From the NCBI GenBank assembly GCA_016717105.1, contig JADKGF010000001.1:23887-87886 (forward strand): a stretch of 64,000 nt of DNA, in the 5' to 3' direction. The number at the start of each line of letters is the position of its first letter. The first letter of the stretch is position 1. Origin of the DNA: Saprospiraceae bacterium (GTDB taxonomy: Bacteria; Bacteroidota; Bacteroidia; Chitinophagales; Saprospiraceae). The notes under the pieces are model-generated. The model did no database searches. It was not told the DNA's origin and was given only the letters and a program-made list of their open reading frames with translations. A program made the translations under genes and the position numbers. Of the stretch, positions 41,317 to 52,200 are shown piece by piece.

Positions 41317-42870
41317 TTAATGTTTGTTGATCGGTAAAATTAATGAATCTTTTTCGATTTCATCATCTTTCTCTACTACATTTCTTATAAATTTGACAAA
41401 ATGTATACCTGTGGATAACGTATCAGTATCAAAAAAACATTTCAGACCTTGCTCCTTAAAATGCGGATGTGTATAATAAAAACATTGATTCAATTCCACT
41501 CTAGCGTCGTCAATGTACAAGCTTATATTTTCAAGATACTTTTTCTGAATGTTTTGCAAATGAATATCTGTGGCCGTATTTATCTTTTCTTCCCAAAATC
41601 TAGTCCTTTGAGCAATAAGTTTATTTAAGCTATCAATTTTAGCTTCATTATTTACGTCTTTTTCCTTTTTGAGTTGCTTTCGTTCATTGATCAAAGTACT
41701 CAGTTCTTTTTCTTTGGCAGATTTTGTCGCAAGTACAGTTTTGTCTTCTATTTTTTCTCGATTAAACCACCAGCGCATTGACAACCCTGAATTTTTGAAT
41801 GGCGAAATCGTTGTATCCATTTCCACCAATTTGACCATATTTTTATCCAATCGGATGAAGATTGCGCTATTATTCCCAATAATATTAAATTCCTGAAGTG
41901 AAACTATTTTTAATAGCTGTTTATTTATCTTTCTTTCTTCATTAGGAAATTCTTGCAATTTTATATTTCTTAAATCATCATAATAATAGTCATTGATAGT
42001 AAGGCCCTTTGATTGCAGCATTTTTTGATCTGGCAAATAAGGATTTGGGTTGTTTTCGAGCAAATTGTAGCCGCCCATGACAATAAAAATGTAAGGTACT
42101 GAGAAGTAAAATAGCTTGCGTGTGTATGAATTGTCTATAAAATTGTAAAGCAGCGGCCTATATAAAAATGACAAAGTAATAAAACTGATAAATCGGTAGA
42201 TGTAAAAATAAACTGTTGATACACGCTTATCTTTAATCTTTTTTAATGCACCTAATGAGATCAAATCTATAAAAACAATTACTCCCAAAAGAAGGAAAAA
42301 TAATGCTAAAAGCCCGCCAACAGCTATGGCATCTTGCGAATTGGGAAATAGTTTTTCAAATAAGACAACAAGAAAAATCAACTCAAACATAAAAATGAAG
42401 AGCGACAAACAAAATAGGAAAAGAAGGAATGTATATGCAAAAAGTACGCTACAAAGCTTCTCTAATCTCTCGATGAAATTATCATAACTACCTACTTTAT
42501 ATTTTAGAAAATTGGTAAATCTATCAGCATATTTCATATTATCATAATCGATCTCGCTAGATACATACCTCAGCCCAATCGTCCCAATCCAAAGTCCACG
42601 CAAAATAACATGAACAATAAGATTTATAAAGAATATGAGCCATCCAGTCTTAAATACATAAGTCAACATGCCTACAAGGAGGCCTAACTCAGAATAAAAC
42701 TCATTGTACCTATAAAATTGAAAATCTGCAATAATTGTCCTAGTAGAATAGATACCTACTATCGCAAATCCAGAAATCAACAACTCAAGTTGCCATGATT
42801 CTTGCTGCAATTTTTCTAACCATTCTGTAAAAAAAGTTTGATTTTCCTTTCCATTTCCTTTATTTTCCAT
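41317..42870 (-). CDS. Hypothetical membrane protein (polytopic N-terminal half, coiled-coil-containing soluble C-terminal half)
   Basis: A 517-codon ORF with about six hydrophobic helices in residues ~30-270. A charged heptad-like stretch (KEKELSTLINERKQLKKEKDVNNEAKIDSLNKLIAQR) follows. No motif recognised. Confidence 0.6.
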   Translation of the reverse strand: MENKGNGKENQTFFTEWLEKLQQESWQLELLISGFAIVGIYSTRTIIADFQFYRYNEFYSELGLLVGMLTYVFKTGWLIFFINLIVHVILRGLWIGTIGLRYVSSEIDYDNMKYADRFTNFLKYKVGSYDNFIERLEKLCSVLFAYTFLLFLFCLSLFIFMFELIFLVVLFEKLFPNSQDAIAVGGLLALFFLLLGVIVFIDLISLGALKKIKDKRVSTVYFYIYRFISFITLSFLYRPLLYNFIDNSYTRKLFYFSVPYIFIVMGGYNLLENNPNPYLPDQKMLQSKGLTINDYYYDDLRNIKLQEFPNEERKINKQLLKIVSLQEFNIIGNNSAIFIRLDKNMVKLVEMDTTISPFKNSGLSMRWWFNREKIEDKTVLATKSAKEKELSTLINERKQLKKEKDVNNEAKIDSLNKLIAQRTRFWEEKINTATDIHLQNIQKKYLENISLYIDDARVELNQCFYYTHPHFKEQGLKCFFDTDTLSTGIHFVKFIRNVVEKDDEIEKDSLILPINKH

Positions 42871-42888
42871 GGTAACCTAGATATTAAT

Positions 42889-44520
42889 TTACAAGTAAGT
42901 GGTTTCGGTATAATTGAATTGGTTTGGATGATCTGTGTTATAATGCAATCCTCTGCTTTCTTTGCGCATTTGGGCAGCTTTAGTGATCAGGTATGCGATG
43001 GTGATAAGATTTCGCAATTCACAAAGTTGTGGTGATATGATGGTATTCAAATAAAGCGACTCTGTCTCTGTGTATAGCAAATGTAGGCGATCCAAAGCCC
43101 TTTTAAGACGCACATCGGTCCGTACAATACCTACATAACTACTCATGATCTCCTTCAATTCTTTCAAACTCTGGGTCAATAACACCATTTCTTTCGGTTC
43201 GGTCGTTCCTTCGGCATCCCATTCGGGGATATTGGTCTCAAGACTCGTTTTGTCTATATTTTCTATAATATCCAGATGAATTCTATCTGCAAAGACTAAT
43301 CCTTCTAGCAGTGAGTTGGAAGCAAGTCGATTGGCACCATGTAGTCCAGAACACGTACATTCACCAGCTGCATATAATCTCGAAATACTTGTCCTGCCCA
43401 TCTCGTCCGTAAGGATACCACCACAAGTATAGTGACAAGCTGGCACCACGGGAATAAAATCTTTTGCTGGATCTATACCCAAGCTCTTACATTTATCCGT
43501 AATATTGGGAAAATGATTGTAAAAAGCTTCTTGGTCCAGATGCGTACAGTCCAGATATTCGTATTCGTCACCTCGGATTTTCATTTCATTATCTATCGCT
43601 CTCGCTACAATATCTCTAGGCGCAAGTGATAATCTTTCGTCATACTTGTCCATAAATTCTTTACCATCAGTAGTACGAAGTACACCACCGAATCCTCTTA
43701 CCGCTTCTGATACTAGAAAAGCTGGATTCTCACCTGCTGGATTGAAGAGTGATGTAGGATGAAACTGCATAAATTCCATATTGGCGACTCTTCCTTTTGC
43801 ACGATATACCATGGCAATACCATCACCTGTAGCTATCACAGGATTGGTGGTACTTTTATATACCTGACCAGCGCCACCAGTAGCCAAAACCGTATTTCGC
43901 GCAAGTATTGTCTCTATTTCTTTGCTATTTTTATTGAAAACATATGCACCATAACACGCTATATCTGGCGTAAGTCTAGTCACATTTCGACCCAAATGGT
44001 GCTGCGTGATAATATCGATCGCAAAATAATGTTCATGAAACTCGATATTGGGATATTCGCGCGCTTTTTCATTTAATGTCCGTTGTATTTCCCATCCAGT
44101 TATATCCTTATAGTGTAAAATCCGATTTTCAGAATGTCCACCTTCACGACCTAGATCATAATCACCTTTTTTATTTTTGTCAAATCGTGCGCCCCATTCT
44201 ATGATCTCCTTGACACGTTCTGGGCCTTCTTTTACTACGATTTCCACAATTTTGGGATCACAAATACCGTCTCCGGCATCAAGCGTATCCGCTATATGTT
44301 TGTTATAATGGTCAATATTATTGTCCCAAACAGCTGCTACGCCACCTTGTGCATAACTGGTATTGGACTCCTTTTGATGGGTTTTGGTTAGGACCATGAT
44401 CTTGAGATCCGGTCTTTTTTGCGCCATGCAGATAGCAAATGAATATCCTGCGACACCTGCACCTATGACTAAAATATCTGTCTGTATCACGATTATTTTA
44501 TTAGATCCTAAATGGTACAA
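42889..44520 (-). CDS. nadB: L-aspartate oxidase
   Basis: FAD-binding DILVIGAGVAG, RLYAAGECTCSGLHGANRLASNSLLE, and a C-terminal helical domain. The GTG at 44490 (MIQTDILVIG...) is an alternative start. Confidence 0.93.
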   Translation of the reverse strand: MYHLGSNKIIVIQTDILVIGAGVAGYSFAICMAQKRPDLKIMVLTKTHQKESNTSYAQGGVAAVWDNNIDHYNKHIADTLDAGDGICDPKIVEIVVKEGPERVKEIIEWGARFDKNKKGDYDLGREGGHSENRILHYKDITGWEIQRTLNEKAREYPNIEFHEHYFAIDIITQHHLGRNVTRLTPDIACYGAYVFNKNSKEIETILARNTVLATGGAGQVYKSTTNPVIATGDGIAMVYRAKGRVANMEFMQFHPTSLFNPAGENPAFLVSEAVRGFGGVLRTTDGKEFMDKYDERLSLAPRDIVARAIDNEMKIRGDEYEYLDCTHLDQEAFYNHFPNITDKCKSLGIDPAKDFIPVVPACHYTCGGILTDEMGRTSISRLYAAGECTCSGLHGANRLASNSLLEGLVFADRIHLDIIENIDKTSLETNIPEWDAEGTTEPKEMVLLTQSLKELKEIMSSYVGIVRTDVRLKRALDRLHLLYTETESLYLNTIISPQLCELRNLITIAYLITKAAQMRKESRGLHYNTDHPNQFNYTETTYL

Positions 44521-44686
44521 AGGTAAATTAAAATGGGATATTAAACGAAAGGGAAGTTAAAAATCAGTTGATGGGAAACGGGTTGATAAGGTAAATTTTT
44601 TAATTTTTAATATTATCTACGATTTCAAATATTCTAAATGCCGCTTAATAATATCTGCTAGGACATAGGATGTTACAAAATTTAGT

Positions 44687-44694
44687 TAATTTTG
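44687..44694 (+). promoter_or_regulatory. Candidate Bacteroidota -7 promoter box
   Basis: TAATTTTG matches the TAnnTTTG consensus and lies 30 nt upstream of the 44725 start. Such octamers are not rare in AT-rich spacers. Confidence 0.3.
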
Positions 44695-44724
44695 CGCCCT
44701 CTTTAAAAATAATTATTATTTGCA

Positions 44725-45633
44725 ATGCATCCTAGAGTAAAGGCAAGCATGTTTAGTTTGATAGACCTTTTGAATATGGGTTTTCTTGCCGTATTGATTG
44801 GATTTTTGATTACTACCCACGATTACAACCCATATACCGATAAGCTCTATGCACTGTATGGAATTGTATTAATTTTTATTGTTGCCTTAGCTTACTTCAG
44901 AAATATAAACAAGCATATAAAATATAATTTGTTTTATCTTCTGTCTGCTGTAGTCATATTTATCGTACTGTACGAATCTATTTCCGGACTTTTGCCGATA
45001 TTTGTTGGAGACATCCGATATGACGCTTGGATAGATAGTTTGGACAAACAAGTTTTTGGCATATCGCCTACAGTCTGGATGCAGCGACTCATTTTTCCAT
45101 TGTTGACAGAAGTGCTTTACTTGCTTTATTTTATTTATTTTTTGATGCCGGTAATTTTGATCATTTTGCTTTATAGGAATAAGGAATACCGTGAAGTAGA
45201 AGTATCGCTTTTTACCTTATTTATCAATTATTATGGTGCGTACATTGCTTATTTTTTTGTTCCTGTCGAAGGCCCAAGATATTATTTGGCAAATGAACAT
45301 ACAGTATCTTTAGATGGCTTGTTTTTGGCTGAGCCGCTCAGGGATTTTATCAATAAGTGCGAACCTAGCACACTTGATTGTTTTCCGAGCCTGCACACGT
45401 CGATATTGATCGTAATTACCTTTCTTGCATCTCGCTATTATCGGAAGATATTCAAGTCTTATGTCGTATTGAGTATTATTATTATTTTCTCTTTGGTATA
45501 TCTACGGTATCATTATATCTTGGACATCCTTTCTGGGGCAATTTGGGCATTAATATCAGTCTATCTGGGTACTTATTTATATGAAAAATATTCTTCCCGG
45601 TTCAATAGCCATTTAGTTGATGAAGCATTATGA
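44725..45633 (+). CDS. PAP2-superfamily membrane protein (lipid phosphate phosphatase / phospho-headgroup transferase type)
   Basis: Polytopic. FPSLHTS and LRYHYILDILSG fit the PAP2 C2 (SxH) and C3 (HxxxD) motifs in an AUR1/SMS-like arrangement. Confidence 0.65.
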   Translation: MHPRVKASMFSLIDLLNMGFLAVLIGFLITTHDYNPYTDKLYALYGIVLIFIVALAYFRNINKHIKYNLFYLLSAVVIFIVLYESISGLLPIFVGDIRYDAWIDSLDKQVFGISPTVWMQRLIFPLLTEVLYLLYFIYFLMPVILIILLYRNKEYREVEVSLFTLFINYYGAYIAYFFVPVEGPRYYLANEHTVSLDGLFLAEPLRDFINKCEPSTLDCFPSLHTSILIVITFLASRYYRKIFKSYVVLSIIIIFSLVYLRYHYILDILSGAIWALISVYLGTYLYEKYSSRFNSHLVDEAL

Positions 45634-46355
45634 AGCAAAAAATACAAGACATATTGCAATTCAAGGTAGGAGACCTTCATTTTTATTTCCTACTGATCTC
45701 CGCTCCAATATTGATCACATTATACCGATATTTCAGCCAATCAAGTCATTTTTTAAAACTGTTTCCGTCTTTATCACAGAATGAGCTTGGCAATATTATT
45801 TCTTATGAACTCCAATTTGTCGGATTCTTCATTTTGATGTTTGTTCTCCCGATGCTCCATATCTTGTTATTGTGGGAAAAGCCTTTGTCTGAGTTTGGTT
45901 TTGGATTGGGAGATACCCGTTATGGTGTTAAATTTTTAGTGTTAAGTCTTTTGTTTTTGGTAGTTCCATTTGCTTTTTGTGGGTCATTTGATCCAAACGT
46001 AACATCTGAATATCCATTGGCGAAGGCATTGATTCAACATAAAAACCAATTACCAGTCTATCACTTATTTTATACCGTTTTCTATTATATCGCTTGGGAG
46101 TTTTATTTTAGAGGATATCTTCTTTTTGGCCTGAAAGAACGTTATGGAGTAATGGAAGCCATCTTAATCCAAACGATATCTTCGTGTCTGATCCATATAG
46201 ACAAACCATTTGCAGAGATCATCCTATCTATTCCGGTAGGTATTTTCTTAGGTTTTGTTGCATTGCGTTGTAGATCATTTTGGTATGTATTTTTGGTACA
46301 TGCATCTTTGGGTGTATTGACAGATATTTTCATCATATATTTACATAACCGATGA
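45630..46355 (+). CDS. CPBP-family (CAAX/Abi) intramembrane glutamic protease homologue
   Basis: AWEFYFRGYLLFG fits the EExxxR-type motif. SSCLIH and LVHASLGVLTD fit the FxxxH and HxxxN/D-type motifs. The start overlaps the PAP2 stop (ATGA). Confidence 0.7.
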   Translation: MKQKIQDILQFKVGDLHFYFLLISAPILITLYRYFSQSSHFLKLFPSLSQNELGNIISYELQFVGFFILMFVLPMLHILLLWEKPLSEFGFGLGDTRYGVKFLVLSLLFLVVPFAFCGSFDPNVTSEYPLAKALIQHKNQLPVYHLFYTVFYYIAWEFYFRGYLLFGLKERYGVMEAILIQTISSCLIHIDKPFAEIILSIPVGIFLGFVALRCRSFWYVFLVHASLGVLTDIFIIYLHNR

Positions 46356-47356
46356 TGGCGAAACCAATCGTTTTGGTGACTGGAGCTAATGGATTTATTG
46401 GTTCTCACATTGTGGAAAGAATGGCAAATGAAGGCTATTCTGTGAGAGGCCTAGTACGCAAAAATTCTGACTTAAGCTTATTGGAAGGAATAAACGTTAA
46501 TCTTGTTTATGGTGATGTCACAGATGCTGTTTCATTGGCTTCAGCTGTAGCTGGAGTATCGATTGTCATTCATAATGCAGGACTTGCATCCGATTGGGGA
46601 CCATTGGAACTATTTATGAAAATCAATTTTGAAGGCACCAAAAATCTTGCCCTAGCGGCTGAAAAAGCGGGCGTAAAACGATTTGTACTCTTGAGTTCAG
46701 TTGCAATACATGGATTTGGTGCACCAGGTATGATTGACGAAAATGCACCCATTAATACCCAAGGTTTTCACTATAGTATCTCAAAATGGGAGGCTGAAAA
46801 GTGGTTGATGAGTCATTTCAAATCGTCAGCTATGGAAGTGACTGCCATCAGACCTGGTAATGTTTTTGGTCCGAAAGACCATACATTTATAGAAAAATAT
46901 CTTGACATCATGGTCCAAGGCAAAGGTGGATATGTCAATGGTGGTATGTCCAAAACTTGTCCCGTATATGTAAGAAATTTAACCAAAGCTATTGCTCTGG
47001 CAGCTACCCATGATCAGGCTGTTGGAGAGGCATTTATCATCACCGATGGCTTGGATATTACTTGGAAAAAATTTACCGAAAAATTGGCTGCAGCCTTAGG
47101 CATCAAAAATCCTTCAATGTCTATTCCGTTTAGTATTGGAAATATCATTGCTGGGATGATGGAGTCCGTTTATTTGTTTTTTAATATCAAAAACGCACCG
47201 CTTCTTACGAAATACCGGATGAATAATGGCGGAAAAGATTACTACTTCTCCATCGATAAAGCTAAACGAATCTTGGGTTTTGTGCCAGAAACCGATCTGG
47301 ATAGCGCTATCTCCAATACGATTGCGTGGTATAAAGGCAAGCACGGGATAAAGTAG
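46352..47356 (+). CDS. Extended SDR, NAD-dependent epimerase/dehydratase or 3-beta-HSD-like
   Basis: VTGANGFIGSHIV (Rossmann GxxGxxG) and YSISKWEAEK (YxxxK). The start overlaps the CPBP stop (ATGA). Confidence 0.85.
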   Translation: MMAKPIVLVTGANGFIGSHIVERMANEGYSVRGLVRKNSDLSLLEGINVNLVYGDVTDAVSLASAVAGVSIVIHNAGLASDWGPLELFMKINFEGTKNLALAAEKAGVKRFVLLSSVAIHGFGAPGMIDENAPINTQGFHYSISKWEAEKWLMSHFKSSAMEVTAIRPGNVFGPKDHTFIEKYLDIMVQGKGGYVNGGMSKTCPVYVRNLTKAIALAATHDQAVGEAFIITDGLDITWKKFTEKLAAALGIKNPSMSIPFSIGNIIAGMMESVYLFFNIKNAPLLTKYRMNNGGKDYYFSIDKAKRILGFVPETDLDSAISNTIAWYKGKHGIK

Positions 47357-47357
47357 A

Positions 47358-48386
47358 TTATTCCTCCGCCCAGACTTTACAGCCTTCAGTGCAATTGGTA
47401 CAAATATCGATCTTATCTCTACCTTGTAGCAATGATGATCTGAATTGCTGGTATAATGGACCTTGCCAGATGTCTCTGAATTTCAACTCTTTCAGATTGC
47501 CAAGTCTGTGGGTTGCATCTTTGTCAAAACAACATGGTACTACCAATCCATCCCAAGTAATGACACAAGCGTGCCATAGCTTCCAACAATGGTTCAATAA
47601 TTTGTTTTTTACACGGTAAGTGCCGTCACTCTGCTTGCTATATCTTGAGTATTTTTGTTGTTCTGGTATAAGCTCATTTCCGTGTTCGTAATCATACACT
47701 TGCGCCGTTTTGAGTTTTACTTCGTCGATGCCTATCTCTTTTGCCAGCTTGTAGATTTCGGGGATTTGATGTTCGTTGGGCTTTACTACCAAAAACTGAA
47801 ATATCAAATGTGGCGTCGAAGAATTGAGTTGTTTTTTCCATTTTACGACATTTCGGGCACCTTGCAATACGGCTTCTAGATTGCCTTCTTTACGGTAATT
47901 TTCGTATACTTCTTGCGTCGTGCCATCTACAGAAATGATCAGTCTGTCCAATCCCGATTCGATGGTTTTTCTCGCATTGTCATCATTCAGAAAATGGCCA
48001 TTGGTGGATGTAATGGTGTAAATGCCCTTCTCAGAAGCATATTTGACCATGTCGAGAAACTTAGGATTGATGTATGGCTCACCTTGAAAATAAAAGATCA
48101 AGTACATCAAGTCTTTGTACAAATCATCAATGGTTGCTCTAAAGAAATCTTCTTTTAGATTTCCTGTTTCACGAGTGAAGATACGCAGACCAGATGGACA
48201 TTCGGGACATCGCAAGTTACAAGCAGTTGTCGGCTCAAAAGAAATCGTCATGGGTAAGCCCCATTGGATCGGTTTTTTTGTCAGCTTTGTGATGTGAAAT
48301 GATAAAAATATCTTGACTATATTCAAAATACGCCTGAAGGTCATCTTGCTGATGAACCGTAATATGTCTTTGTAATACAGCGTCAT
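47358..48386 (-). CDS. Radical SAM enzyme with C-terminal SPASM-type Cys cluster domain
   Basis: EPTTACNLRCPECPSG is a CX3CX2C motif. The C-terminal region CWKLWHACVITWDGLVVPCCFDKD...DICTNCTEGCKVW is Cys-rich in the SPASM pattern. Confidence 0.85.
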   Translation of the reverse strand: MTLYYKDILRFISKMTFRRILNIVKIFLSFHITKLTKKPIQWGLPMTISFEPTTACNLRCPECPSGLRIFTRETGNLKEDFFRATIDDLYKDLMYLIFYFQGEPYINPKFLDMVKYASEKGIYTITSTNGHFLNDDNARKTIESGLDRLIISVDGTTQEVYENYRKEGNLEAVLQGARNVVKWKKQLNSSTPHLIFQFLVVKPNEHQIPEIYKLAKEIGIDEVKLKTAQVYDYEHGNELIPEQQKYSRYSKQSDGTYRVKNKLLNHCWKLWHACVITWDGLVVPCCFDKDATHRLGNLKELKFRDIWQGPLYQQFRSSLLQGRDKIDICTNCTEGCKVWAEE

Positions 48387-48404
48387 ATGATATCTAGTAT
48401 CTGA

Positions 48405-49133
48405 TCAACCATACAACTCATAATGAATCTGAGACTTGTCATATCCCATTTTTATGATGAGATTCACTACCGCTTCGTCGATCATACTCGACCAACCACA
48501 CAAGTAAAACTGTCTATCTGGCGATACTTCAGCGTATTGTTTCAAGTAAATATCATGAATGTACCCATGATGAAAGTCAGGATGATCGTCCCGCGAAAGT
48601 GCTACATCGTATTTGAAGTTGGTTTTTTCTTCTACAATCTTTTGAAATTCATCTTTATAAAGTATATCTGAAGCAGTGCGACAGCCAAAAATAAGGTGAA
48701 TCTTCTTAAAACTCATGTCATTTTTGATCACTTTATTGATCATGCTTCTAAATGGTGCTATTCCTGTGCCGGTGCAGATAAATACTAGTTCTGTTTGTAA
48801 ATTTCCTGGCAAAACAAATCCGCCATCTGGGCCTTTAAATTTCAATTCAGTGCCTTCGACTACCTCATGGAAAAGGTATTTTGTTCCTAGACCTTCGTCA
48901 GATTGTACGATACATAATTCCAAGATATTGGTCCCATCTGGATGGTTTGCTATCGAATAACTGCGCCACCTGTTGAGTCTTTTATCGCTAACAGGTAAGT
49001 CTAAAGTAATAAATTGCCCAGGCAAAAAGTCAAAAATTGTTTCATTCGGATGTACCTCAATAAAAAATTGTCTTACCGAAGTTGTTAATTGTCGAATTTG
49101 TAAGACCTTGCCCTGATACCACTGTGTTGCCAT
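48405..49133 (-). CDS. Ferredoxin-NADP reductase-type flavoprotein (FAD/NAD(P)-binding oxidoreductase)
   Basis: RSYSIAN (RxYS FAD motif), GTGIAPF (NAD(P) motif), YLCGWSSMIDE, and a terminal ...HYELYG. Confidence 0.85.
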   Translation of the reverse strand: MATQWYQGKVLQIRQLTTSVRQFFIEVHPNETIFDFLPGQFITLDLPVSDKRLNRWRSYSIANHPDGTNILELCIVQSDEGLGTKYLFHEVVEGTELKFKGPDGGFVLPGNLQTELVFICTGTGIAPFRSMINKVIKNDMSFKKIHLIFGCRTASDILYKDEFQKIVEEKTNFKYDVALSRDDHPDFHHGYIHDIYLKQYAEVSPDRQFYLCGWSSMIDEAVVNLIIKMGYDKSQIHYELYG

Positions 49134-49217
49134 AAATTTTTTTGATACGATTTACAACAACGATCTGTTCAAAAAGATTTTATTTACTTCTTTTGCACCT
49201 CTAAGTTTGCGCAATTG

Positions 49218-52200
49218 TCACAAGCCGACCCATTTTAAAGTTGACATTTTACCTGATTTCTTGTCTTTAATACTTATGAGATACAAACCAGGTAAAAAGC
49301 GACTTCCATCCAAGGTAAATTCTGTAGATGTACTGCCCGGTCCGAGGTAAGTCTGTTTGTCTCCTGACGATGCATCTGCTTTCCACCTAACTTGTCCTTG
49401 CATATCCATGATTTGAATTTCTGTATCATCTGGTAGATTTAGGAGTCGAAATACCGTTGCTCCATTGCTTAGTCTTACAGGATTGGGATTGACATAGATA
49501 TTGTCTAATGTTGTATTATTTTGAGCATTAGGATCCAATTTTTCAAATCCAAATTCATAAACTGGGTTATCGCCAGTTGTCAGGCAAGCTCTTTCTTTTT
49601 CAACCTGATATATTCGACTGCTAGAATACATATTGTCCACTCTTATACTGATCTTAAGGTCATTTGGAATGAGCCCGTTGGTCAATGATGCAAGTGACAA
49701 TACTGGAAAAGATGTCCATGTAATAGCTGATATTACCTTAGCTTTATTAATTATACTAGGACCGGCATTGGTTGTTGGGTTTCGTTTTAGTCTTTCACCA
49801 AATGCCGCACATCCATCATACTCCATTCTGGTTACATAAATATAGTGTTGTGCTCCAGCAATTAATGCTAATTTTTGCTCTGATGGTAGATTTGAATTTA
49901 ACAATTCTTCTATTATCAATTCAGATGATGGATTAAAGATCATATCGCCTCCAATTGGTTTTTGGCCTTGCATATGCGTGGCATTTTCACCAGAATAGAT
50001 ACTGTTTTCGCCAAAAAATATATTCAATCGCCTTCCTGTTTCGACATCAACTGCGTATCCCGGGAAGTAAGAAAAACCTGTAGAATTTGGAATCTCAACG
50101 CCATTTTCATCTTTTGATGGTGATATACGCATTTCAAAATTTTTAGCATTTCCTATTGAAGCTAAGCCAATATCAAATTGATCATTGAAAGCTGTTTCTA
50201 CCACAATACATTTACTCCATTTTGATTTATCGTTTATAAAAATTATGTCTACATTATTTAAATCTCGATATCTTAAGCTTGGCGCATTTTCAGTTGTAAC
50301 AAGTGCCATGACATCTCTGCTTGCAGGGCTCAGGTAATAAGGTAAATCTACATCCGTTCTAAATTTTGACGATATAAAAGGCGTAAAAAATCCATCTCCC
50401 ATTTGAGAAAGTTTAGCTTCTGGATCTCTGACATTATTATCTTTGACAAAATCAAATGATTTATAGATTTGCCCATCATAAATACCACCATCTTTGATAG
50501 CATTGTACCAAAATGGTCCTGATTTATCTTTGTATTCAAGCCTTACATCTACGCCACCATTGTTTTCGTAGGCATTCTCGCCTGGATTTTCATAATTTTG
50601 AATTGTGATTGAAAATCCTAATTCGTTGATCATATATTCTTTGACGTACCACAGCGGTTTGTCTTCCAGTAGTACAATATTGTTTGTAATATCCGTAAGT
50701 TTCCACACTGCATCTTCCTTATATTTACAGAAATCAAAATAATTATCCATTGTGCCTGTGATTTCCAAACGGTATTTGTTCTTATTTATTTTTGTTACAT
50801 CCGTTACCACAGCTTGCAATGGTCCGTATCCTGTTTTGTAATTTACCTTACCGTCGAAGTTCAGACTTAAGATTTTGTCATACATGTCGTCTTCCATCTT
50901 AAGAAATACATGTGGATTGCCTTCACCAGAAATTCTAGTTACTTTCAATTGAGGCAAGTCTTCATCGATATTAAGTTTTGGAGTTATGGTGTACACTTTA
51001 AAGTTGTTTGTTCCTTCGATATATGGCGTTTTTTGTCCCAAATTTTCGATACTGTCGAAATCCTTCCAATTATTATAGGCATAGGCCACAGCGCAAAAAT
51101 GATAATATTTGTTATTGTAAAGCGCCTTATCACCAGTGGCAAATAAGTCTTCTGTGATATCAAAGGAATGTTGAAGTCCTACATTTTCAGCTTTAACCTT
51201 TAATACTTTTTGCCAAATATACTTTTCTGCGATTGCGGATGTATCAGGATTTAATACCGATTGCCAATTGTAAATATCTTGAATATTATTTTTAATATCG
51301 CATTGGGCAATCAATCTAGCATACTTCGGATTACTCAGTTGATCTATTCTAACTTTATTATTGGCAACTTGATATACTTTGTATCCTTCAAATTTAAATT
51401 CTGAATCTACGTTGGACCCAAGATTAGGAATAGTATAGGAAAAACTTTCATTAAAATTATTTGACGATTTGGCATTTTCTAGTTTCAGTGTTAAAGCTAA
51501 ATTTTTCTGTTCGAAAGTAATATCTGGCGCATCTGGTCCTATAAAATAATAATCCTTTAGACAGTTTTCAAATAAATCTTTTGCAATTTCATTGGCATAT
51601 CTCAACTTAGATAGATCAGGACATGGATATGGCACACCTAAAACTGAAAAAACAGACATAGTGAGTGTGTTGGTTGACCCAGGTAACATCAACATAGGAC
51701 CAACGGACATTACCATACTATTTTTATAATTTGATAAATTAGCAGTGCACATAGACCATCCATTTGGGTCATTTGGGTCATCTGGAAAAGCAAACTTTGT
51801 AGTATCCACACTTCCAGGATTATAGCCATTCTGTCCAAAAGTTAGTGGTGTTCCATCTGCCCAAAATCCTTTCATTGGCCAATAAAAATCAATTTCTTTT
51901 ACTATATAGTCAATAATATTAGTTTTATTTTCATAATTTATAAAAGACGACATCTGTCCGATGACCAAAGTATCTACATCACCGGTAAGAGGTTCGGGAT
52001 CAATCAATATTTTTTTTCTATCAGCATCGTACATGATATTTCCATTTGCATCTCTTTTAAAAATTTTTACAACTTTCGGACCTTGGACAAAGTTTAGTCC
52101 AATCATAGGTATTTCATCTTTATAAGCATTAATTCCACCACATGTACTTTTTTCTCCATCTATTGCGTCTTCATTGTAGATATATGCCATACCTAATTCG

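Noticed and set aside
44521-44724. An NAD-type riboswitch upstream of nadB. Two UCAAC-containing stretches appear on the minus strand.
   Set aside because: This is only a short, loose resemblance. The known nadA motif has a restricted taxonomic range, and I could not draw the required paired domains.
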